This document shows, piece by piece, positions 17,602 through 24,558 of a DNA stretch of 64,000 nt. How positions within the stretch are numbered: position 1 is the stretch's first letter; the number at the start of each line of letters is the position of its first letter. This DNA comes from Prosthecobacter sp. (GTDB lineage Bacteria > Verrucomicrobiota > Verrucomicrobiia > Verrucomicrobiales > Verrucomicrobiaceae), in contig NZ_JBIIKX010000019.1 of NCBI RefSeq assembly GCF_044232965.1, forward strand, positions 15,337 through 79,336, read 5' to 3'. The position numbers and the translations under genes are program-made. Below the pieces are notes generated by a model that ran no database searches, was not told where the DNA came from, and saw nothing but the letters and a program-made list of their open reading frames with translations.

Positions 17602-18747
17602 CTAGGCAATCCGCTCCACCGCCATCGCGATGCCCATGCCGCCGCCGATGCAGAGGCTGGCGATGCCGCGACGCAGGCCGTTATCTTCGAGGTGATGCAA
17701 TAGCGTGACCAAAACGCGGGCACCGCTGGCTCCAATCGGATGGCCGAGGGCGACGGCTCCGCCGCGTGGGTTCACCTTGGCCGTGTCGAGGCCGAGTTCC
17801 CTGACGCAGCCGAGCGTTTGCACGGCAAAGGCCTCATTAATTTCGATGGAATCGACCTGATCGAGGCTCCAGCCGGTCTGGTCACAGACTTTGCGAATCG
17901 CGCCCACAGGGCCGAGGCCCATCAAGGCGGGATCGCAGCCGACGGCGGCGCTGGCGATGATGCGGGCTTTCGGTTTTAATCCATGACGCGAAACGGCCTC
18001 CTCGCTGGCGAGCAGGGCCAAAGCAGCGCCATCATTGATGCCGGAGGCGTTTCCGGCGGTGACAGTGCCGTCTTTGCGGAAGGCGGGCTTGAGTTTGGCG
18101 AGGGATTCGAGCGTGGCGTCGGCCCGGGGATGCTCGTCTTCGGTCAAATCGCCCGCTGGGATGATTTCACGGCTCAAGGCGGCACGACTGGCGGCAACGC
18201 GGCTTTGGCTAAGGGCAGCGAAGGCGTCCTGTTCGGCACGAGTGATGCCGTGTTTGTCGGCGATGCGTTCGGCAGTTTCACCCATGCCGATTTTGAGCAG
18301 GGGATCGGTGAGGCCATCGACGAACATCGCGTCTTGCATCGACGAATCGCCGAGCTTTTTGCCCCAGCGCAGGTCCATCGCGTAATGCGGGGCCCGGCTC
18401 ATCATTTCGACGCCACCGGCGAGGACGAGATCGTTTTCGCCACTGCGGATGGCATCGGCGGCGAGCGCGACAGCCTTCAATGACGAGCCGCAGGCCATGT
18501 TCACGGTGAAGGCGGGCACTTCTTGAGGCAGACCGAGCTTGAGGCCGATTTGACGCGCGACATTCATACCCGCGCCGGCTTGCAACACCTGACCCAGGAT
18601 GACCTGCTGGATGTGAACGCGCAATTCTTGCGGTAGCATCGCTTCGCCGAGCACATGGCCGAGTTCAGCGGCGGTGAGCGCTTTTAATCCGCCGCCGAAT
18701 CGGCCGATGGGCGTGCGTTTGGCTTCGATGAGGTAAACAGGCTTCAT
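17602..18747 (-). CDS. Acetyl-CoA C-acetyltransferase (thiolase II)
   Basis: The product is 381 aa. It has [12 protein letters not shown] (active-site Cys), [16 protein letters not shown] and CIGGGMG motifs. Confidence 0.95.
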   Translation of the reverse strand: MKPVYLIEAKRTPIGRFGGGLKALTAAELGHVLGEAMLPQELRVHIQQVILGQVLQAGAGMNVARQIGLKLGLPQEVPAFTVNMACGSSLKAVALAADAIRSGENDLVLAGGVEMMSRAPHYAMDLRWGKKLGDSSMQDAMFVDGLTDPLLKIGMGETAERIADKHGITRAEQDAFAALSQSRVAASRAALSREIIPAGDLTEDEHPRADATLESLAKLKPAFRKDGTVTAGNASGINDGAALALLASEEAVSRHGLKPKARIIASAAVGCDPALMGLGPVGAIRKVCDQTGWSLDQVDSIEINEAFAVQTLGCVRELGLDTAKVNPRGGAVALGHPIGASGARVLVTLLHHLEDNGLRRGIASLCIGGGMGIAMAVERIA

Positions 18748-20204
18748 GGGATGGTGAGGATGGTTTCGGCGAGTTGCGGGGCGAATTGCATGAGATCGAG
18801 CACGTCGCGCTGCAAATCGAGCCCGGCGGCGATTTCGATGAGTCGCAGGCCGTGCGGCGTGAGCTCAAACACGGCGCGTTCGGTGACGTAGAGCACCTGC
18901 TGGTTGCGGGCGAGGGCTGACGGTCCGTGGAAGCAGACGTGCTGGAGTTGGCGCACGAACTTGGCGTTTCCTTTCGCCTGGAAAGTGCAGCAGAAGACTA
19001 GACGGCGGGCGCTTTGCGCGATGTTCATGAAACCCCCGACGCCAGCGAAGCGATCAGCAAAACTAGCGACGTTCACGCTGCCCTCGGCATCGATTTCGAC
19101 CGCTCCGAGCACGGCGATGTCGAGTCCGCCGCCGTCGTAGAAGTCGAACTGTGAGGGTTGGTCGATGACGGCTTCGGGGAAGTGGCTGCAACCGAAGCTG
19201 AGTCCTGATGCCGGCACGCCGCCAGTGGGGCCGCTTTCGACCGTGAGCGTAAACTCCTGCAAGCGTCCGGTTTCCGCGGCGACCATCGCCACCGCTTCGG
19301 GCAAACCGATGCCGAGGTTCACGATGTCGCCTTCACGGATTTCGCGCACCGCTCGTGTGCCGATGCGTTTGCGCTCGGACTCGGGCATGCCGGGCAGCTC
19401 GAAGTTGCCATCGCCAGTGACGACGAAGTCCTCGTTGAAGACTTCTCCAAAGGTTTGGTCGTGCTGCACGCCGGCGGAAGTGACGATGTAATCGACGAGA
19501 AGGCCGGGCACACGCACGGCCTTCGGATCAGGCAGTTGATCCACGACGCTCTCGACCTGCGCGATAACGATGCCGCCATGATTCTTTGCGGCTTGTGCCA
19601 TGGGTAGCACCTCGCTGATCAAACCTTCGCATTCCATGCTCAGATTGCCGCGTGCGTCGGCATACGTCGCGCGAATGAGCGCCACATGGATCGGCATCGG
19701 CTTGTAGCGCAGCCACGTTTCGCCATCGAGCTCAATGCGCTCGACGAGCGGTTCGGTGGTGCGTGCGTTAAGCATGCCGCCGCCGTGAATCGGGTCGATG
19801 AAGGTGTTCAAGCCGACCTTGGTGATCAAACCGGGGCGCTTGGCGGCGATTTCGCGGGTTAGAACGCTCAACACGCCCTGCGGCAGGTTGTAAGCCTCGA
19901 CTTCATTCGCCAAGGCGAGCGCACCGAGCTTCGGCGCGAGGTTCCAATGCCCGCCGACGATGCGTTTGAGCATGCCGCGATGCGCGAGGTGATTCAAACC
20001 ACGCCCTTCACGATCTCCCTGACCGGCGCAGTAGTAGAGCGTGAGATCAGTCGGTGTGCTGGTTTGGAGGAAACGACGTTCCAAAGCCGCGGTGAGCATT
20101 TCAGGATGCCCTGCGCCGACGAAACCACTCACAGCCACCGTGGCACCGCTCGGAATGGCGGCGACGGCTTCGTCTGCAGAAAGAATGTGCGCCGCAGCTC
20201 TCAT
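18744..20204 (-). CDS. Acyl-CoA:acetate/3-ketoacid CoA-transferase (fused alpha-beta, YdiF-like)
   Basis: The 486-aa single polypeptide has both CoA-transferase family I halves. Its stop overlaps the thiolase start (ATGA). Confidence 0.85.
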   Translation of the reverse strand: MRAAAHILSADEAVAAIPSGATVAVSGFVGAGHPEMLTAALERRFLQTSTPTDLTLYYCAGQGDREGRGLNHLAHRGMLKRIVGGHWNLAPKLGALALANEVEAYNLPQGVLSVLTREIAAKRPGLITKVGLNTFIDPIHGGGMLNARTTEPLVERIELDGETWLRYKPMPIHVALIRATYADARGNLSMECEGLISEVLPMAQAAKNHGGIVIAQVESVVDQLPDPKAVRVPGLLVDYIVTSAGVQHDQTFGEVFNEDFVVTGDGNFELPGMPESERKRIGTRAVREIREGDIVNLGIGLPEAVAMVAAETGRLQEFTLTVESGPTGGVPASGLSFGCSHFPEAVIDQPSQFDFYDGGGLDIAVLGAVEIDAEGSVNVASFADRFAGVGGFMNIAQSARRLVFCCTFQAKGNAKFVRQLQHVCFHGPSALARNQQVLYVTERAVFELTPHGLRLIEIAAGLDLQRDVLDLMQFAPQLAETILTIP

Positions 20205-20277
20205 GCTAAAACGAGTGAGTGCTTGGAAAACACGCGGCCGAGCGAAAGAATAGCCGCGCCATGGAAAGGATTTCCAT

Positions 20278-20547
20278 CTATACGCTGCATGTGAGGGCGG
20301 AGAGAACTCCTTCGAGTTTTATTCGGGCATTCGGTTTGTGATGAAGGGTTCCGTCGTTTTCAATAATCTCCTCTTGAGCCAAATCCTCACAGGCCTGCCG
20401 AATAGCCTCCATCTCGGGATCACCCTTGATCGGAATCGAGATGAAGGTGTCCCATGCTCTGCAATCCATCTTTCCATGGAGGACGGTTTCCAGAAGCCAA
20501 ATGACTTCGGATCGGGGGCGGGTGAATGGCTTGAACATATTGAACAT
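20278..20547 (-). CDS. Hypothetical 89-aa protein (orphan, lower GC)
   Basis: The intact ORF starts 3 nt after the SDR stop. My hand count gives about 51% GC, against visibly GC-richer neighbours. I recognise no motif. Confidence 0.5.
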   Translation of the reverse strand: MFNMFKPFTRPRSEVIWLLETVLHGKMDCRAWDTFISIPIKGDPEMEAIRQACEDLAQEEIIENDGTLHHKPNARIKLEGVLSALTCSV

Positions 20548-20550
20548 ATT

Positions 20551-21309
20551 TTAGCCTCTCCAGCCGCCGTTGATTTCGATGGTTTGCCCCGTCACATAAC
20601 TCGCCAGTGGCGAGCACAGAAACAGCACGACATTGGCGACTTCCTCAGTGGTGCCGAAGCGGTTGAGCGGGACGTTCTTGAGCATCTCGGCGCGGACGTT
20701 CTCGGGAATGGTGGCGGCCATGGCGGTGTCGATGACGCCGGGGGCGATGGCGTTGGCGCGGATTTGCTTGCGGGCGGCTTCGCGGCTGAGGACGCGCATC
20801 ATGGCCTGCACGCCGGATTTGGCGGCGGCGTAGTTGGCCTGCCCGAAGAAACCCTGAATGGCGGCGATGCTGCCAAAGCTGACAATGGCGCCGTGATCGC
20901 GCATGATTTCGAGGGCGTATTTGCAGCAGTAGAAGACGCCGGAGAGGTTCACGTCGATGACGGCGTCCCATTCTTCGAGTCCCATCTTGGCGATGGTGCG
21001 GTCCTTGATGATGGCGGCGTTGTTGACGAGGTAATCGAGGCCGCCATGGCGTGCCTGGATCTCTCCCACCATGGTTTGGACTTGCTCGGGCTGCGCTACA
21101 TCGGCGGCGATGATGCTGGCGCTGTCGGTGCGCAGAAGATTCAGCTCATCGGCGAGTGTTTGAGCATCCACTGTGGTGCCGGGCGTGCCGAGGTGGTTGA
21201 GCACGACGGTGGCACCGGCACGGTGAAACGTTCGGGCGACTTGGGAGCCGATGCCCTGGGACGCGCCGGTGATGAGGGCAACTTTGCCGGTGAGGTCGAT
21301 GGAAATCAT
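20551..21309 (-). CDS. SDR-family oxidoreductase (FabG / 3-hydroxyacyl or 3-hydroxybutyrate dehydrogenase-like)
   Basis: It has GKVALITGASQGIGS (TGxxxGxG), NNAA and YAAAKSG (YxxxK). The start is taken at the ATG at 21307-21309. Confidence 0.9.
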   Translation of the reverse strand: MISIDLTGKVALITGASQGIGSQVARTFHRAGATVVLNHLGTPGTTVDAQTLADELNLLRTDSASIIAADVAQPEQVQTMVGEIQARHGGLDYLVNNAAIIKDRTIAKMGLEEWDAVIDVNLSGVFYCCKYALEIMRDHGAIVSFGSIAAIQGFFGQANYAAAKSGVQAMMRVLSREAARKQIRANAIAPGVIDTAMAATIPENVRAEMLKNVPLNRFGTTEEVANVVLFLCSPLASYVTGQTIEINGGWRG

Positions 21310-21407
21310 GAGTGAAGTTTTAGGAGACGCGACTCGATGAATCAAGCTTTCCGCCTCATGGAGGATCGTTTGCCACGTCTGGCAGACTGTGGCATTAAAT
21401 CCGTGTC

Positions 21408-21785
21408 ATGGTCAAAAAACTCCTCCACACCCGCTACCGGGTGAATGATCTCGAAAAGACGATCCATTTTTACACTCAGGTGCTTGGCCTGAAGGAAATC
21501 CGCCGCCACAAGTCGCCGCGTGGTTCTGAACTGGTATTCCTCCAGACGCCCAACAGCGACGAACTCATTGAGATTTGCAGCTACCCCGCCAGCGGGCCGG
21601 TGACGTTTTGCAGCGACCTGACGCATCTGGCCTTTGAGGTGGAGAGCATCGAGGAGTTTGCGAAACATGCCGCTTCCCTTGGCTATCCGCTCTCTGATGG
21701 ACCGACGCCGAGTTCGAGCGGCGTTTTTGCATTCATTGACGCCCCTGAGGGTTATGAGATAGAACTGATCGAATACCGGAAATAA
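21408..21785 (+). CDS. VOC-family protein, lactoylglutathione lyase (glyoxalase I)-like
   Basis: The 125-aa product has LLHTRYRVNDLEKTIHFYTQVLGL and a C-terminal DAPEGYEIELIEY, the typical glyoxalase I pattern. Confidence 0.8.
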   Translation: MVKKLLHTRYRVNDLEKTIHFYTQVLGLKEIRRHKSPRGSELVFLQTPNSDELIEICSYPASGPVTFCSDLTHLAFEVESIEEFAKHAASLGYPLSDGPTPSSSGVFAFIDAPEGYEIELIEYRK

Positions 21786-21805
21786 ACCTCCTCCCAACCC
21801 ACCTC

Positions 21806-22084
21806 ATGGACTTCGACTGGATCGGCGCTGCTTTTGACCTCTCACAACTTCCGCCGAAGGACATCGAGGAGTCGTTTGAGGACCCGTTCTCGATCAAGCT
21901 GCTGCCCGACGGCCAGCACGACGACGCCGAGGCCCGCTACTACAACCTAGGCAAGTCGCTCCAGGGGAAGCCGGTGTTTAGTGTGTTCTGGACGGACGGG
22001 AAGCGCTACCGTGTGGTCTTCGCGCGGCTGATGACCCCAGGAGAGCATGATTTCTTCGAGCGCAAGAAGGCGGAGGACATTTGA
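21806..22084 (+). CDS. BrnT-like (DUF497) type II toxin, divergent
   Basis: The 92-aa product has an FDW N-terminus and a C-terminal RYRVVFARLMTPGEHDFFERK, resembling the DUF497 C-terminus. It overlaps the downstream RHH antitoxin-like gene. Confidence 0.55.
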   Translation: MDFDWIGAAFDLSQLPPKDIEESFEDPFSIKLLPDGQHDDAEARYYNLGKSLQGKPVFSVFWTDGKRYRVVFARLMTPGEHDFFERKKAEDI

Positions 22085-22392
22085 ATTCACCCATCACGAC
22101 CATGGACACCGCATCACCCGACTTGAAACCGATCCGCGCCTGGAAGGACGTGCCTGCCTTTGATTCCGAGGAGGTGGAAGGAAAATTTTGGTCGGCGCAT
22201 CAGCTCGAACCACGGCTGATGCAGGCGTCGATTCATCGCGCCGATGTGCGTGAGTCCACCACGATCACGCTGCGCTTTGACCCGCGCATGCTCAGCCGTA
22301 TCAAGCGCGTGGCCCGCCGCCGCTACCTGAATTACCAAAGCATGATCAAGCAGTGGTTGAGCGAGCGGATGGAGCAGGAGTTGAAGGATTGA
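22081..22392 (+). CDS. BrnA/CopG-type antitoxin (ribbon-helix-helix)
   Basis: It has FDSEEVEGKFWSAH...TITLRFDPRMLSRIKRVARRRYLNYQSMIKQWLSERMEQE, the typical CopG-antitoxin pattern. The TTG start overlaps the stop of the upstream gene. Confidence 0.7.
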   Translation: MNSPITTMDTASPDLKPIRAWKDVPAFDSEEVEGKFWSAHQLEPRLMQASIHRADVRESTTITLRFDPRMLSRIKRVARRRYLNYQSMIKQWLSERMEQELKD

Positions 22393-22396
22393 GGCA

Positions 22397-22431
22397 TAAA
22401 AAACCCGCGCTCCGTGGGACGAAGCGCGGGT
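22397..22431 (-). terminator. Rho-independent terminator after hup
   Basis: The minus strand reads ACCCGCGCT-tcgtcccacgg-AGCGCGGGT followed by TTTTTT, about 20 nt after the hup stop. Confidence 0.8.
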
Positions 22432-22450
22432 GAAAGGAGCAGTCGCTGTA

Positions 22451-22723
22451 TTACAGCGACTTCTTGAGGGCGGCGGAGGTGACGAAGCGCACGGTCTTCG
22501 AGGCCTTGATCTTCATGGCGGCTCCGGTCTTTGGGTTGCGTCCGGTGCGGGCCTTGCGGGTGACGGGCTTGAAGGTGCCGAAGCCGATGAGCTGGACGGG
22601 TCCCTTCTTCACGCCTTTGGCGATGGCGTCGAGCACGGCGTCGAGCGCGTCGGAGGCGGCGCGCTTGGAGGTTTCACCGCCGAGGTTTTTCTGCACGGCT
22701 TCGATGAGTTGAGCTTTGTTCAT
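22451..22723 (-). CDS. hup: HU-family DNA-binding protein
   Basis: MNKAQLIEAVQKNLGGETSKRAASDALDAVLDAIAKGVKKG..VQLIGFGTFKPVTRKARTGRNPKTG runs from the internal ATG at 22721-22723. Confidence 0.95.
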   Translation of the reverse strand: MNKAQLIEAVQKNLGGETSKRAASDALDAVLDAIAKGVKKGPVQLIGFGTFKPVTRKARTGRNPKTGAAMKIKASKTVRFVTSAALKKSL

Positions 22724-22845
22724 GAGATTGAGTTGATTCGTCGTTGGTTTGATTGCGGCCCGCGCCAAAAATGAAACTGCGGTGTGGCTTGTTTTTATGG
22801 CGCTGCCTGTTTTGATTCTCAAACATAAAAATCCCAACCACAGAC

Positions 22846-23391
22846 ATGGAAACACTGAAAAAGTTCTTGCTCCCGGAGTCGAAGCCGTTCGTCGCGGACG
22901 ATGTTTTCATCGCGCCCGGAGCCGTGGTGCTTGGCGCGGTGGAGTTGCATGCCGGATCGAGCGTCTGGTATGGCGTGGTGCTGCGGGGCGACATCAATCG
23001 TATTGTCGTAGGTGCGCAAAGCAATGTGCAGGACGGCAGCGTGCTGCATGTGAGCGACGATCACGCCTGCATCCTGGGCGAGCGCGTGGTCGTGGGCCAT
23101 CGTGCCGTGGTGCATGCCTGCACTGTGGGCGACGAGGTGCTCGTAGGCATGGGCGCGATAATCCTCGATGGTGCGCAGATTGGCGCGCGCAGCATCATCG
23201 CCGCCGGGGCGCTGGTGACAAAAAACATGGTGGTTCCCGAGGGAACGCTCGTGGTTGGATCACCCGCAAGGGTGGTGCGGGCGCTTTCGCCCGAGGAGCA
23301 GGCTGCAAACGCGAGACTGGCGCTGAAGTATGTGGAGATCTCGCGACGCTATCTGGCGCTGGGGCTGGGCGGAACGCCGGTTGGCGCATAA
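22846..23391 (+). CDS. Gamma-class carbonic anhydrase family / hexapeptide-repeat protein
   Basis: It has left-handed beta-helix repeats, with VWYGVVLRGDINRIVVGAQSNVQDGSVLH and GHRAVVHAC motifs. Confidence 0.9.
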   Translation: METLKKFLLPESKPFVADDVFIAPGAVVLGAVELHAGSSVWYGVVLRGDINRIVVGAQSNVQDGSVLHVSDDHACILGERVVVGHRAVVHACTVGDEVLVGMGAIILDGAQIGARSIIAAGALVTKNMVVPEGTLVVGSPARVVRALSPEEQAANARLALKYVEISRRYLALGLGGTPVGA

Positions 23392-23437
23392 AATCACAGC
23401 GCGAGTCTTGCCAGCGGCCCGGGAGCGGATTTAGTCT

Positions 23438-24082
23438 GTGCTTATCATGAACAAAGATGTCGTCGAGGTGCAGGTGCGCGCGGTTCTGCCGCTGGAAGGC
23501 AGCTTTGCTGTGTTCCTGGGCAATGAGTCGAAAGTCTTCGTGATCTACATTGATGAATCGGTCGGCACGGCGATCTCGATGTTCATGCGCGGGGTGTCCA
23601 AGGAGCGTCCGCTGACGCACGACCTCGTGGGCCATCTGCTCATGGCCTTCGGCGCGAAGGTGGAGCGCGTCATCATCAACAACATCAACGGCAGCGTCTT
23701 CCATGCGCGGCTGATCATCTCTGCCGAGAACGAGCTGCACACCACCCGCAAAATGATCGAGCTGGATGCCCGGCCCAGTGACAGCATCGCGATGGCCGTT
23801 CAGCAAAGCGCGCCGATTTTTGTGGCGCAGTCCGTCTGGGATGCGGTCGAGGACGTGAGCGACACGCTGGCTCAGATCGAGAAAAAGGGGCTTGAGGCTC
23901 AGCAGGCTTCAGAAACCGCCGCCAAGGAGGAAGGCGACGATGATGACGAAATCGAGGAATTGAGCGACGAGGACATCAACGCCATCGCTGGCATCAGTGG
24001 TGCTGAAGAAAACGAGGAGTACGACGACGGCTTCGGCGATGATGACGACGAAGAAGGCGAGGAGTGGAAGAAGGGCGGGTGA
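23438..24082 (+). CDS. Bifunctional nuclease (BFN/DUF151) domain protein with an acidic C-terminal tail
   Basis: It has ERPLTHDL and RPSDSIAMAV motifs and a C-terminal poly-D/E region. An alternative start is the ATG at 23447. Confidence 0.8.
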   Translation: MLIMNKDVVEVQVRAVLPLEGSFAVFLGNESKVFVIYIDESVGTAISMFMRGVSKERPLTHDLVGHLLMAFGAKVERVIINNINGSVFHARLIISAENELHTTRKMIELDARPSDSIAMAVQQSAPIFVAQSVWDAVEDVSDTLAQIEKKGLEAQQASETAAKEEGDDDDEIEELSDEDINAIAGISGAEENEEYDDGFGDDDDEEGEEWKKGG

Positions 24083-24095
24083 GCAGCCGCTGCTG

Positions 24096-24332
24096 CTACG
24101 CGGCCAACACTTCTTTCATAGGCCGTGTGATTGCCTGGGGAAGTGTCTTGCCAGCGGTATGCAGGCTTTCGACTTCCTCGCGCACCAGGCCGCAAAGCTG
24201 CTCGTAAGTCTGGGATTCGGAGTCGCCGTGGCACACGCCTCCCCAGGGGAACAAATCAGGGCACCAGCCGATGTAGGCGGCGTCTTCATCGCTCCACTGC
24301 ACAAATTTGAGGTACTTGTCTTCCAGTTTCAT
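24096..24332 (-). CDS. hicB: HicB-family antitoxin (short form)
   Basis: The 78-aa product has YLKFVQWSDEDAAYIGWCPDL.. (HicB N-terminal fold pattern). It overlaps the hicA stop by 4 nt. Confidence 0.7.
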   Translation of the reverse strand: MKLEDKYLKFVQWSDEDAAYIGWCPDLFPWGGVCHGDSESQTYEQLCGLVREEVESLHTAGKTLPQAITRPMKEVLAA

Positions 24333-24529
24333 CGGGATGCGTCGTTGATCGCGTTGCGTATTTGTTTTTCCTGGTAGTGCTGGGCGTCTTGTCCGTCCTT
24401 GCCGCTCAGCAGAACTGAGCCTTTGAGCCTTGGGTGCTGGAATTTTCGATGGGAACCCTTGCCGCCCTGAACAAGAGCGAAGCCCGCTTGTTCAAGGTCT
24501 GTGATGAGCTGCCGGATTTTGCGGGGCAT
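24329..24529 (-). CDS. hicA: HicA-family mRNA interferase toxin
   Basis: MPRKIRQLITDLEQAGFALVQGGKGSHRKFQHPRLKGSVLLSGKDGQDAQHYQEKQIRNAI is the typical HicA/YcfA pattern. I prefer the ATG at 24527-24529. The track ORF starts at a TTG at 24562 that overlaps the upstream stop. Confidence 0.8.
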   Translation of the reverse strand: MPRKIRQLITDLEQAGFALVQGGKGSHRKFQHPRLKGSVLLSGKDGQDAQHYQEKQIRNAINDASR

Positions 24530-24558
24530 GGGAAACAATTCTTCAATTCGTCCCTTCG

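Noticed and set aside
17602-17735. 93-aa ORF 17454-17735 overlapping the cimA leader and the thiolase 3' end
   Set aside because: It overlaps the thiolase coding region out of frame and has shadow-ORF composition. The short Ile-rich ORF in the adjacent frame is the more interesting candidate.
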